A stretch of DNA of 64,000 bases. Origin: Octopus vulgaris. Lineage: Eukaryota. The notes under the pieces were generated by a model that saw nothing but the letters and a program-made list of their open reading frames with translations, ran no database searches and was not told where the DNA came from. Of this stretch, positions 1 through 11,955 are shown piece after piece. The stretch is taken from contig OX597814.1 of NCBI GenBank assembly GCA_951406725.2, forward strand, positions 114,576,001-114,640,000, read 5' to 3'. Each line of letters begins with the position of its first letter. Within the stretch, counting starts at the first letter, position 1. Made by a program: the position numbers and the translations under genes.

Positions 1-188
1 CGTATGCAACGCAGATTTAGAGTAAATAATATGTATCGATATAATCTTGATACAACATAGAATATAGTTACTCGGAGATTTTTTATCTGCTTTATTTCAT
101 ATAATCATTTGCTGATCGTCTGGAATAATCTAGATTTATGAAACTGAGTAACATTGTTCCAGGTTGTGCTACCAGAATTACGTTAATG

Positions 189-398
<210 letters not shown>

Positions 399-401
<3 letters not shown>

Positions 402-2132
402 ATAGACAGGGTAGTTAACGAACCTGGCATGGGTGGGGCCCTGATCAACTTGGATCAATCGAAAGCCTTTGATAGGGTAGACCATCGATACTTGGGGGCA
501 GTCCTGAGAGCGGCTGGTTTCGGTCCCGTTTTCCGCGGATGGATAGCTGCCTTGTACAGAGGCATCCGTTCGGTAATTCGCGTAAATGGACATCTATCGA
601 GACCTTTCAACATTGCACGTTCGGTCCGTCAGGGATGCCCCCTCTCGGCGCTTCTATACGTATTGACTCTTGAGCCACTACTGCGGAAGCTGGCGACTCT
701 AAGGGGCATCCCGCGAGAATTGGGATGCGGGAAGAGCGTGTCTGCATACGCGGACGACGTCACCGTCATAGTGTCTAGCCACGAGCACATCGAGCTGGTC
801 GGCGAGACACTGAAAAACTACGAAGCGGTGACAGGAGCGAAAATCAACCGGGAAAAGTCAGTGGGCTTGCGACTAGGCACCTGGAGAAGCAAGCCCATGC
901 CGTCCACCAGCGCCTCCGTCGTGGGACGCTGGACCGACGGCCCGGTTGAGTTGCTCGGGGTCTGGTTTGGTCCGGACCTCCAAGTGGAGAAGAACTGGAA
1001 CGAGATAACGAGTAGGGTGGTCACTCTCGCCCGGCAATGGGCCGAGAGGAAACTGTCCCTAAAAGGTCGAGCGGAGGTGGCGAACACGTACATCGCGTCC
1101 GTCATCTACTACCGCCTGACCGTCGTACCTTGTCCCGACCCTACCATCACCAAACTACAACGCATCCTCTTTCGCTTCCTGTGGAAAGGATGCGTCCCGA
1201 TGGTCAGGCGATCCATTTGCTGTCAACACCCGTTAAAAGGAGGGCTGGGCATGCCGTGGTTGATGATGCGCAGACACGCGCTGAGACTGCGGCATCTCTG
1301 GCTCTATGTAGACGACGGTGAACAGGTGTGGTCGCCGTTTGTGAGGCACGCTTTCCCGCAGCTCGTCTCCATGACCGAACTGCAGTCGTGGATCAAAAAG
1401 AGGCCGAGGAAGGGCGAATGGCACCGCGAGTGTCGCGTTGCTCTCAAGCAACTCTGCCGTCCTGGGTCGACCTTAAGTGACTTCAACACAACCAAAGCAT
1501 TCTATAGGGGTTTAGTGGAGGGGAGGTACGACGACGAGCTCGGGGCGAACCTGGACGTCGACGAGGAGTACCTGACCCGCCTGTTCAGGACGACTTTCGG
1601 GCCAGGGCCCATGGACAACTTCCAGAGATCCCTGGCCTGGCAGTGCTACCGAGAAGCGCTACCCGTTCGGGATAAGCTCTACAGACACGGCTCGAGAAAC
1701 ACGGGGCCGACCTGCCCGAGATGCGGTCAGAGCGACGAAACCGTTCTGCACGCACTCGTTCAGTGTCCAACAATTTCCGACCTGTGGGCTTATGTCGAAC
1801 AACTGCTGTCACGTGTGGGACGAGTCGGTTTATCAGCTGAGTCTATCGTCAATATTGTCACGCCTCCTTCCTTCAAACGGGAAGGAAGAGCTATTTTCAT
1901 CATCCTTGTGGCTATGGCGAAGGAATGTATCTGGTGGACGCGTCTGAAAGGATTGGAGACAAACACTTTCCTCTCTGGTCAATCTCTCATCAACTTCTTC
2001 AAGTACCACTTGAAAAGGAAAGTGAGAGTAGAGAGGCAAGTTTTGTCTAGCGAATGTTTTAAAAAAAGATGGGTGAATGTAGCAAGAATGGCACGTATGA
2101 ATGACGAAGCCACCTTGAGCATAGTCCTATGA
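399..2132 (+). CDS. Uninterrupted partial ORF2 (reverse transcriptase + zinc knuckle) of the Tx1-like element; endonuclease and RT N-terminus missing
   Basis: ORF 138..2132 from [10 protein letters not shown] onward has no stops; the upstream LSIY repeats are the microsatellite. Confidence 0.85.
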
Positions 2133-2506
2133 ACCCAGAAATCGAAAACAGAGAGTTGCTTATTTGCAAAAAAAAAAAAAAAAAAAAGAAATATAAAATG
2201 TGACTTCATTGACCGAGGTTACCGTGGTCTTTTCCGTAGGCTTTTCTTTCCACGGGTAAACCTCACCTGTCCTCCCCTTTACACTTCATATTGACATTTC
2301 TGTGATAACGATCCCTATTGATCAATTTTTTTTCTCTCCCCCTTTTTTTTTAACCGCCCCTTTTTTTGTCCTCTTTCTCTCCTTTTACGATCCCTTTTGA
2401 TCGAAACTCCCCCTTCCTTTTTTTTTTTTTTTAAACCTTCAAAAGAAAAGCTCTACCTTGTAATTTGTTCTATCTGTGTGCAGCCCTGTGTGGCTAATAA
2501 AGAAAC
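399..2506 (+). mobile_element. 5'-truncated Tx1/L1-group non-LTR retrotransposon (RT, C-terminal zinc knuckle, 3' UTR)
   Basis: GC/CpG-rich block in AT-rich surroundings. RT motifs [29 protein letters not shown] and GGLG(M)P; CX2CX8HX4C knuckle ([18 protein letters not shown]); pyrimidine-rich 3' UTR ending AATAAAGAAAC just before the (ATCT)n array. Confidence 0.9.
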
Positions 2507-2507
2507 A

Positions 2508-2589
<82 letters not shown>

Positions 2590-2634
2590 CCTACCTACCT
2601 ACATACATACCTACCTACCTACCTACCTACCCAT

Positions 2635-2712
<78 letters not shown>
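2508..2712. repeat. (ATCT)n/(ACCT)n microsatellite; right flank of the Tx1-like LINE
   Basis: Visible array, same motif and strand as 191-400. Confidence 0.97.
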
Positions 2713-2713
<1 letters not shown>

Positions 2714-3982
2714 CACACACATACACACACACACACAAACACATTCCAGAAGTTTTGAGACATTTTTAGGATCGACAGTTATAACTGTCACAGATTATTG
2801 TAATTTTAGTATATCATTACTATCTATTAGATAAATTGACCTGCCGATTTTTGTTACCATAAGTTGAAGGAGACGGCTGCAACAGCACTTTGAACACACT
2901 CTACTAAACACTGCTTGTTACAGGTGACTAGTTTGAAGAATGCAGTCGGGACGTGAAAACAATTTCGAAGTTCCCTATGTTATAAAGTTTTGTATGGAAG
3001 TGGGCAAAAATACTACAGGATCTTACGAAATGCTGTTTATGGATTAACTTGTATGAGCATTGTGTCTGTTTTTCTCTGACACAAGAGGTACAAAGACGTT
3101 AGAGAGGAGGTGAGAGATGATGAGCTGTTGGGGGTGGGGGGAGATGTCAGAACATTAGAACTGTTTGAGATTTTCTGGATGAATTTTGTCGTGTGTCTAT
3201 AACGACGATAAGAATACAGTTTGGAGTTGGTGTGGCAACACGACACAGTGTTATTCATGAAGATCTGAATATACACAAAATATATATGAGAGTTTGTCAG
3301 CGCACGCTGATATACACGCACACACTCACCATACATCAAATATTATGCCTTGTAATTCCTTTTCTTTTTTTCTTTTTTTTTTCGTTTACCGTGTACTTCT
3401 TTCATTCATATTGGGGCACTTACCTTGCAAAACTCTAGTCTTTGAAATTTGGTATTTCTTCCATCGGTTCTTTTGCCGAACCGCAATGTTAGGGGATGTA
3501 AACACACCAACACTGGTTATTAAGCTGTTCGTAGGGGACAAACACAGACACAAAGACACATAATTATATATATTTGTATGTACATTGCACACACACACAC
3601 ATATACATACACACATAATAAACATGTTTATATATTCGGTGTATTCCAAACGTATCTTGATGTAATTCTTGTATTGTCCTTTGTACACCCTGATGATTTT
3701 CGATACAAGATATTTAAAATGCAAAATTGTATATTTATGTTTGTTTTGTAATTTTAATTTTGTTTATGAAACATAACAATTGTAGGTGAATATGTTGATT
3801 AATCAATTAATTAATTTGGATCCATTAGATCTCTCTGTTTTCTAACCCGATAATAATGTTTGATATTTTACAATATTTCTTATACTATATTCATTGAAGA
3901 AATATCCCTTCAATATTTAATATATTAAACCAGTGTATCTAGGATAAAATATCCCTATAAGAGGTTTAAATGTCCTCATTGC

Positions 3983-4034
<52 letters not shown>

Positions 4035-4036
<2 letters not shown>

Positions 4037-4262
4037 CGAAGATGTACTTGCATAGCAAGTAACCCGATCTGAGATCGTGTGCTGGAACGAAAACAATTGC
4101 AGCGTGGAAGGTGTTTATAAGCCATTTAAGAAACACACAAAAACCGTTAGATTCACTTCAACATTAAGATTTAATTTGTCAAAACATTTTCGTCACTTTG
4201 ATACTGCAACTTGTTCACTGACAAAATTCCATGCTGCATCTGAGAAAGTAACAGTTAGTTCA
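4035..4262 (-). mobile_element. Penelope-like element terminal-repeat fragment between TA and TATG microsatellites
   Basis: Non-coding block carrying a minus-strand type I hammerhead-like motif, which is typical of PLE pseudo-LTRs. Confidence 0.5.
4175..4225 (-). ncRNA. Type I hammerhead ribozyme, G3-C8 core variant
   Basis: Minus strand: UUUGUCA [GUGAACA] A GUUGC-aguaucaaa-GUGAC [GAAA] AUG UUU UGACAAA. Stem I is 7 bp; stem II is 5 bp with wobbles. Confidence 0.65.
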
Positions 4263-4698
4263 TGATATATATGTACGTATGTATGTGTGTATGTATGTAT
4301 GCATGTATGCATGTATGTATGTATGCATGTATGTATGTATATATGTATGTATATATGTATGGCAGGTCATATATGTATGTATATATGTATATATGTATAT
4401 ATGTATATAATTAAAATCACAATAAGGGTGAAAAAAATTGAATATTAATTAATAACATCAATTTAAAACACCAAGTGGCCTAGCGTATAGAAAGACTGGG
4501 ATACAGTAAAAATTATTAATATAAGTAATAAGAGAAAGACCACATGTGGTCACTCTAACGCTAGATATAGATCCGCAAAGGGAATCCACCACTAAAGAAT
4601 TGTTCTCAAGCATTAATTCAACACGCCAAGAATGTAAGCGAGCAGGACAAATGAAAAATAACGAAAAAATAGATTAAATAGATTATATTTTTTGATAT

Positions 4699-4774
4699 AC
4701 TCTACTGAAGATTCGAAAATGATTATGTAAGTAAAATTACACAATCTGTTAACGATGAAACAATTGTATAGAGT
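4699..4774 (+). ncRNA. Type I hammerhead ribozyme (copy 1)
   Basis: ACUCUA [CUGAAGA] long stem II (UCG/CGA, GAUU/AAUC, UGUAA/UUACA) [GAAA] CAAUUG UA^ UAGAGU. Cleavage triplet GUA, predicted cut after 4768. Confidence 0.85.
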
Positions 4775-5228
4775 TAATCTCTATTTTTTCGTTATTTTTC
4801 ATTTGTCCTGCTCGCTTACATTCTTGGCGTGTTGAATTAATGCTTGAGAACAATTCTTTAGTGGTGGATTCCCTTTGCGGATCTATATCTAGCGTTAGAG
4901 TGACCACATGTGGTCCCTCTCTTATTACTTGTATTAATAATTTTTAATGTATCCCAGTCTTTTTATACGCTAGGCCACTTGGTGTTTTAAATTGATGTTA
5001 TTAATTAATATTCAATTTTTTTCACCCTTATTGTGATTTTAATTATAAATTAATATGTTCTCAAACCGGCAGTAAATTACTGGGGTAGTATTTACATCCG
5101 GGTTTTTTCAACGCGCCAGAATGAGGATATTTGAACGTAACTGCAAATATAATCGGCTGTGCCGTTCGCCTTTGCTCGGCTTCGTGTGGATTTTGGCGTT
5201 CGGTTCAGCAAATTATATTTTTTGATAT

Positions 5229-5304
5229 ACTCTACTGAAGATTCGAAAATGATTATGTAGGTAAAATTACACAATCTATTAACGATGAAACAATTGTATA
5301 GAGT
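5229..5304 (+). ncRNA. Type I hammerhead ribozyme (copy 2)
   Basis: Same fold as copy 1; the A>G change in stem II keeps pairing as G-U. Predicted cut after 5298. Confidence 0.85.
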
Positions 5305-5469
5305 TAATCTATTTTTTCGTTATTTTTCATTTGTCCTGCTCGCTTACATTCTTGGCGTGTTGAATTAATGCTTGAGAACAATTCTTTAGTGGTGGATTCC
5401 CTTTGCGGATCTATATCTAGCGTTAGAGTGACCACATGTGGTCTCTCTCTTATTACTTGTATATATATG

Positions 5470-5503
<34 letters not shown>

Positions 5504-5546
5504 TGTATGTATGTATGTATGTATGTATGTATGTATGTATGTATGT

Positions 5547-6084
5547 CAGGTCACTTTCGAGTGCTACTGGTAACATGTAACCCAGTACAACCTGTTGCAT
5601 GGTCGGGGCGTCGGCGACTAAACCGGCAACCCCACCAAGCTTGCTTGGTGAGGAGGGTGTTTATTGGACACCCTGCGGGATGAAAAACTAAACCCGTCAA
5701 AAGGCGAAGGAACTCTTTAGAGTCAACGGCCATCCAATAAATGTCTTTAGGCTGTATCATGCGCGCGGACAGAAATAATCGGACTGAATACCCGATCGCG
5801 CGGTTAAACCATTGGGAGTGAAGGACTCCTAGCCTTTGTTAGGGCATCCTTCTAGGAGAAGGTAACTCAGGTAACTGGGATAACTCCGACATAAAACTGC
5901 GGCTCAGTGGTTACCGATGATGTTCTTTTTTTCGGATTATGGCTGCTGTTGCTTAGTGAGTGGAATTGACTCAATGCACAGCGTTTCCTCACTTAAAAAA
6001 AATCTTCTTGCTCAGGCATTGCACGATAACAACATTGATTAAGCTTCGTGCAATGGCCTTACTCGATAACGAGGGGGCAGCCAC
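5547..6084 (+). mobile_element. Non-autonomous RTE-derived retroelement (non-coding body + RTE 3' end) inside (TATG)n
   Basis: The 3' ~45 nt (TTAAGCTTCGTGCAATGGCCTTACTCGATAACGAGGGGGCAGCCA) nearly match the 3' end of the RTE fragment at 24492-24540 (minus strand); TATG arrays on both sides. Confidence 0.7.
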
Positions 6085-6510
6085 TATGTATGTATGTATG
6101 TATGTATGTATGTATGTATGTATGTATGTATGTATGTATGTATGTATGTATGTATGTATGTATGTATGTACGTACGTACGTATGTATGTATGTATGTATG
6201 TATGTATGTATGTATGTATGTATGTGTGTGTGTATGTATGTATGTATGTATGTATGTATGTATGTATGTATGTATGTATGTATGTATGTATGTACGTACG
6301 TACGTACGTACGTACGTATGTATGTATGTATGTATGTATGTATGTATGTATGTATGTATGTATGTATGTATGTATGTATGTATGTATGTATGTATGTATG
6401 TATGTATGTATGTACGTACGTACGTACGTATGTATGTATGTATGTATGTATGTATGTATGTATGTGTGTATGTATGTATGTATGTATGTATGTATGTATG
6501 TATGTATGTG
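6085..6510. repeat. Long (TATG)n microsatellite with TACG variants
   Basis: Visible array. Confidence 0.97.
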
Positions 6511-6929
6511 TGTACATGTATGTGCGAATGCATGTGTGCATACCTATACGCATGTATGTATGTATGTAAGTATGTACGAGAGTGTGTAGACGTGTCTGTG
6601 TGTGTGTACATGTGTATGTACATGTGAATGTATGTTTATGTACTAATATGTGTCAGTTCAAGTTGTATACATGACTGTTAATTTGTATACACACACATAT
6701 ACATGTACATAGACACATACACATATGTGTGTGTGTGTGTGTGTGCGTTTGTCCCTCTCACCACCATTTAACGATGAATGGATACAACGTCTTAGATACA
6801 TATATGCACATATAATCTTAAACATTTATACAAGTACACACAGTCATATAGACACTTACACACACTCACAAATATACGTATAATCTTAAAGTGTACACAA
6901 ATATACGCTTATCCATCTCTACATATAGA

Positions 6930-7410
6930 ACTGCTGTAGTAATTTTTTTTCTGACAAATTGACCTTTCCTTATCATATAAGACTTATATCTGATGTCTTC
7001 GTAGACAACATTTCTGACTGTTCCTTCTGACACAGAGATCTTTTGCAATTGACCTCATGGACTTTCTGGGATTGTTAATCAATGGGTCGTTGAACTTGCT
7101 GGATAAATTCAGGTGTTCTGATGATTTCAGAGCATTTAGAATGCTTTGATACTGGTGCCACGTTACCATCTTCAGTTTCTAGCGCCTTACAATTTTTGTA
7201 GACGAAAGATCCGGCAACTTTTAAAAATCGAGATATTTCTAAATCACTATGGTCAGCCTTTATAACCACAATAACAGCATACCTGTTCACTTCTTGAGTA
7301 AGCTGAGGATCTGCCGTTATTATTTTCGGTAAATAAAGGTTATATAGAGTTAGTAAAAAATGCAGCAATGACCCCAAAAAGGTATGTCTTCAATTACTTT
7401 ACGCACCCTG
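6930..7410 (-). mobile_element. Tc1/mariner-superfamily (maT/DD37D-like) transposon 5' fragment with decayed transposase N-terminus
   Basis: Terminus TA|CAGGGTGCGTAAA at 7410. Frameshifted HTH-like peptides: HSDLEISRFLKVAGSFVYK, RTPEFIQQVQ, NPRKSMRSIAKDL, VSEGTVRNVVYEDIRYKSY. Confidence 0.7.
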
Positions 7411-7491
7411 TATATATATATATATATATATATATGGCATATACAGGTGCTTACACTTATCAAGTATTCACTCTAAATTTACAGTACCTAC

Positions 7492-7580
<89 letters not shown>

Positions 7581-7940
7581 GATGGTCTTCTTTCATTTCC
7601 CGTTTACCAAATTCACTCACAAGGCTTTGGTCAGCCCGAGGCTATAGTTGAAGTCCCACGAGGTGGGACTTAACACGGAACTATGTGCTTGGGCTACAGT
7701 TGAATATTTTTAATGCCCTGGACAGAATCGGATTGAATGGTACTGCTTCGTGTCGAAGTCATAAACATTGCTAACAGGGCAGCTGGAGGCGGGTTGTGAG
7801 TGTCCATTTGCATATATGCATGTGTATATATGTATATAGATGCAAACAATGTAAGCACATCAATGCAAAACAAGGTGGAAAAAATAGTACTCAAATACCA
7901 AGGTTGAGTAATATGTTATTTATTAAGCCGAAGCAAAATG

Positions 7941-7990
7941 TTTACAAATTCCGACGAATGGTAATGTGAAACTGAGTAAGAGATTGTGAA
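7941..7990 (+). ncRNA. Degenerate hammerhead-like motif in a Penelope-like fragment
   Basis: UUUACAA..[CCGACGA] AUG-guaa-UGU [GAAA] CUGAG UA..UUGUGAA. U4C change and imperfect stems. Confidence 0.4.
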
Positions 7991-8093
7991 GAGTTTTTAC
8001 CGCTATATGCATGTGTGTGTGTGTGAGTGTGTGTATACAAGTGTGTAGTATGGATATGTGTTTATGTCTGTATAAATATGCACATGTTTATCC

Positions 8094-8128
<35 letters not shown>

Positions 8129-8149
8129 TATATACACATAAATGTTTCT

Positions 8150-8564
8150 TATTTCTTTATTGCCCACAAGGGGCTAAATATAGAGGGTACAAACGAGGGT
8201 AGACAAAGGGATTAAGTCGATTACATCGACCCCAGTGCGTAACTGGTTCTTATTTTATCGACCGCGAAGGATGAAGGGTAAAGTCGACCTCGACGGAATT
8301 TGAACTCAGAACGTAAAGACAGACGAAATACCTATTTCTTTACTACCCACAAGGGGCTAAACACAGAGGGGACAAACAAGAACAAACAAACGGATTAAGT
8401 CGATTATAGCAACCCCAGCGCGTAACTGGTACTTAATTTAGCGACCCCGAAAGGATGACAGGCAAAGTCGACCTCGGCGGAATTTGAACTCAGAACGTAA
8501 CGGCAGACGAAATACCGCTATCCATTTCGCCCGGCGTGCTAACGTTTCTGCCAGCTCACCTCCT
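8150..8564 (-). mobile_element. tRNA-derived SINE, family A (dimeric body)
   Basis: Matches other copies (15527, 29811, 49706, 50392, 58339); B-box-like GAGTTCAAATTCC; conserved core GCCTTTCATCCTTTCGGGGTCGAT. Confidence 0.9.
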
Positions 8565-9022
8565 AAAACGCATATATGTTTCTGTAGTTATCAACATACA
8601 CAAACACACACTCACATATGTAGATGAAATATATTTAGCTGATAACATGTAAGCCTCGGAGTAGAAGCTTAAATGGTACCCCTCAGATATTTCACTGTTA
8701 AACAATTATACACTATACGTTGTTTTAGATATTTTCGTCTCCATCATATCAAGCAAAGTCGTCCGCCAATCTGCTTACTTACCTACCTGCGTACCTTCCT
8801 ATCTTCCTACCTACCTACCTACCTACCAACCTACCTACCTACCTACCTACCCACCCACCCACTTACCTACCTACCTACCTACCTACCTACCTACCTACTT
8901 ATACATGTATGTACGTATATATATACATGTATGCGTATATATGTATATGTAGACATGTTATGTATCCATTTATGTATGTATGCATGTATGTATGTATGTA
9001 TGTATCTATCTATCTATCTATA

Positions 9023-9086
<64 letters not shown>

Positions 9087-9456
9087 TATACAGTATTTTA
9101 AAACAGTTGCCCTCAATAACATATGAATATGAGAGAGCCGGCAATATGTGACTGTGTATGTACATGTTTATATGTGTGTCATAGAGCGGCCGAAAGAAGA
9201 ACGCAGAGAGGAGACGAAATTTGTATGAGAGGAACGCATGCACAAACACAAATCAAAAGATTGAGATATATGCAAATAATATACAAGTGGATTAGCGGGA
9301 TGACCATAATTAGAGATCCTCTCTTGTCTCGGTACACGCTGTTTTTCTACGCTTAGGGTGAAATTTAATATACTAAATAATTTAATAATATTAATACAAG
9401 TTATGAGATCATATGTTTGTATATGTTATGTTCATATACATACATACATATATTAC

Positions 9457-9618
9457 AGGCTTAGAAGTGGCTGTGTTGTAAGTAGCTTGCTAACGAACTA
9501 CATGGTTCCGGGTTCAATCCCTCTGCGTGGCACCTTGGGCAAGTGTCTTCTACTATTGCCACGGGCCAACCAAAGCCTTGTGAGTGGATTTGGCAGACAG
9601 AAACTGAAAGAAGCCCGT

Positions 9619-9669
<51 letters not shown>

Positions 9670-9878
9670 CTATGTTTGTGTGTTTGTGTTTGTACCCCCA
9701 AAATCGCTTGACAACCGATGTATTTACGTCTCTGTAACTTGGTGGTTCGGCAAAAGAGACCGATAGAATAAATACTAAGTTTACAAAGAATAAGTCCTGG
9801 GGTCGATGTGCTCGACTAAAGGCGGTGCTCCACCATGGCCACAGTCAAATGATTGAAACAAGTAAAAGAGTGAAAGAA
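9457..9878 (+). mobile_element. tRNA-derived SINE, family B (CORE-like; internal TA/TG microsatellite)
   Basis: GTGGCTGTGT..GTAAG head, GGTTCAATCCC B-box, ACCTTGGGCAAGTGTCTT core-like block, AGTAAAAG tail; many copies in the window. Confidence 0.9.
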
Positions 9879-9997
9879 CATAGATACATACATACGTATA
9901 TACATACGGACATACATACATACACCCCCACACATATATACACACATAAATGTATATTTCTATGTATGAATGTATGTATGTTTTATGTATGTGTGCG

Positions 9998-10036
<39 letters not shown>

Positions 10037-10093
10037 ATAAATGTATGTGTATAGATATATATAAGTATATGCGTATATATGTATATATATATG

Positions 10094-10128
<35 letters not shown>

Positions 10129-10619
10129 ATAAACATAAATGAGATGACAAAAATAAACAATTATTTTATGAGCTTCATTAGCTGTCCGCTGTTTCTGCTA
10201 TAAGATGTCGTGGACTCATAGTTGAGTGGCTGAATACCGCCTTACAGCTTCATCGGAGCTTCAAATATAAAGAGTAATATATTTAGATAAAGAATTGCAT
10301 TCACGCAAATTTATAAGGAAAGGCATTTGGGAGGAGCCCTTGATTTTCATCCCTAACGTACGAACATGCTCTCTGATTGGTAACGCGTTTTCCTGTATAA
10401 ATGCATAAATGTAATTTTTCCCCCAAATATATTACACTTCATATTCAGCATTTCGATAAAATTTAAAGGCGTTACTCAGGTACACAACTATGAATCTACT
10501 GTAAATTATACCAGAAACAGCTATATTTAGTCTCTGTTATTAGTCTCCCAATGCATAAGCGAAATATTAAAACGTGTGTGTGTATGTGTGTATATGTGTA
10601 TATATGTAGAAGGTTGAAA

Positions 10620-10980
10620 AGGAACACACGAGTTGATACATATGGAAAAAAAAGTCAAGGTAGAAAATGCTAAAATAATTTTATAAAAAAACATTCCAGT
10701 ACCGGTTTAAGCATTGAGACTTTTTCAACTGTAAGTATGGAAAACCATTAAATTTTGGAAAAATTAAATGAAAAGTTATTTTAAAAGAATATTTGCATAG
10801 TATTCAAATACAAGGGTCATTTTCCTTGTTTCTGCCTGTCTCTGTCTCTCTTGTTTACTCTTGTGTTTGCATTAGAAACTATAGTATATATACTGTTTTG
10901 CTAGGTTGAAGGGATGTTCATTCTAGTGTGTCTTGGGTGCTATGAGTTGAACGGTAGTTGAAATTTGAAACTAAATTGAT
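10620..10980 (-). mobile_element. Penelope-like element fragment with a U3-A8 hammerhead remnant (10694-10734)
   Basis: Minus strand: UUACAG [UUGAAAA] AG-ucucaaug-CU [UAAA] CCGG UA CUGGAA. Palindromic stem III, GUA triplet, G12 mutated. Confidence 0.5.
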
Positions 10981-11062
10981 ATTAAATAATGTTAGTTTTT
11001 AGATATTTATTACATAAATTATCTGCATTTAACAACTAATTACCTATGTAGAATACTTTTAT

Positions 11063-11540
11063 TTAATTCATTGAATGAGCTTCTTCACTTTCGTTTCTGT
11101 CTTCATTTATCGAAGTCACGGATGCCGCCATTGCATTTCTTAAGCGGTCACGAAACTCCATTATTTCCTGCTGCTGTAGTCTCTTTGTGATCATATCCTT
11201 TCGAAGTGACATCGTTTGCAAAACGTAGTTGGCTCTAAAGTAAGGATTTTTTTTCAAGAAATTTAACACTATCTCCACAGACTTTTCTGTATTATCCCAT
11301 GATATTTCCTCATTAGAGTGTTCTTGGCCATTTACATTAAACTCACACATATAGTAGTTGTCGCTGTCGCTAATTTCATGACCATTATTTTCTTCAGGAG
11401 ATTGTTCAGTGGTTTCTTCATCTTGTCGCACCCACATTCCAGCTATACTAGTCGGAGGCAGCTTTTTCTATCCCCAAAGGTTTTTCAACCCAATATTTAC
11501 ATGTTATTACATATAGCTTTATGCGTACTTTGAGATCCAG
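11063..11540 (-). pseudogene. Probable pogo/Tigger-like transposase C-terminal remnant
   Basis: GLKNLW followed by an acidic stretch and ISWDNTEKSVEIVLNFLKK; in-frame stops upstream; resemblance by eye only. Confidence 0.4.
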
Positions 11541-11573
11541 TTCCAAAACAAATTTATATATGCTTGTATATAT

Positions 11574-11790
11574 ACGAAGGGGTGCTGAAATGTCTTTGGC
11601 ACTGAGTAAAAGAAAATATAGGAGGATCAGTTAATTATGGTTTTATATTTTATTCAACGTTCCCCTCTCAGATTCACGGACTTGTAGCGGTCATTCAATT
11701 TTTTTAAGCTCTATAAAAGAACTCGGAAATTTGGGCCTCCAACCAAGCCTTTCGCTATGCCCTTAAAGCCAGGAAGTCTTCAGTACCAGG
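11574..11790. mobile_element. Mariner-derived MITE
   Basis: TA|CGAAGGGGTGCTGAAATGTCTTTGGC left end; degenerate inverted right end AGCCAGGAAGTCTTCAGTACC. Confidence 0.55.
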
Positions 11791-11955
11791 AATTCGTGTG
11801 TGTATATATATATATATATAAAATTAAGAGGAATGACCACCAAGCTGGACTCCTTAGTGGTCATTCCTATTAATTTTGTATGTAATATAATTTTTAATCT
11901 CCGAAATATGCTAAGGCACTGGTTTTAATTGATTAATATCAATTTCTACCCTCAT

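Larger units (their letters stand above)
4406..5462 (+). mobile_element. Non-autonomous Penelope-like / retrozyme-like element: inverted arm plus 530-bp-period direct repeat with two hammerheads
   Basis: 4406-4677 is the reverse complement of 4774-5047; 4682-4934 is repeated at 5212-5462; no meaningful ORF; flanked by TA/TATG microsatellites. Confidence 0.85.

Noticed and set aside
5547-5630. Possible HDV-like ribozyme at the 5' end of the RTE-derived element
   Set aside because: I could not build a convincing nested double pseudoknot by eye (L3/P1.1 missing); needs a descriptor search
5960-6627. ORFs of [16 protein letters not shown] and CVCV repeats here and throughout the window
   Set aside because: Translations of microsatellites
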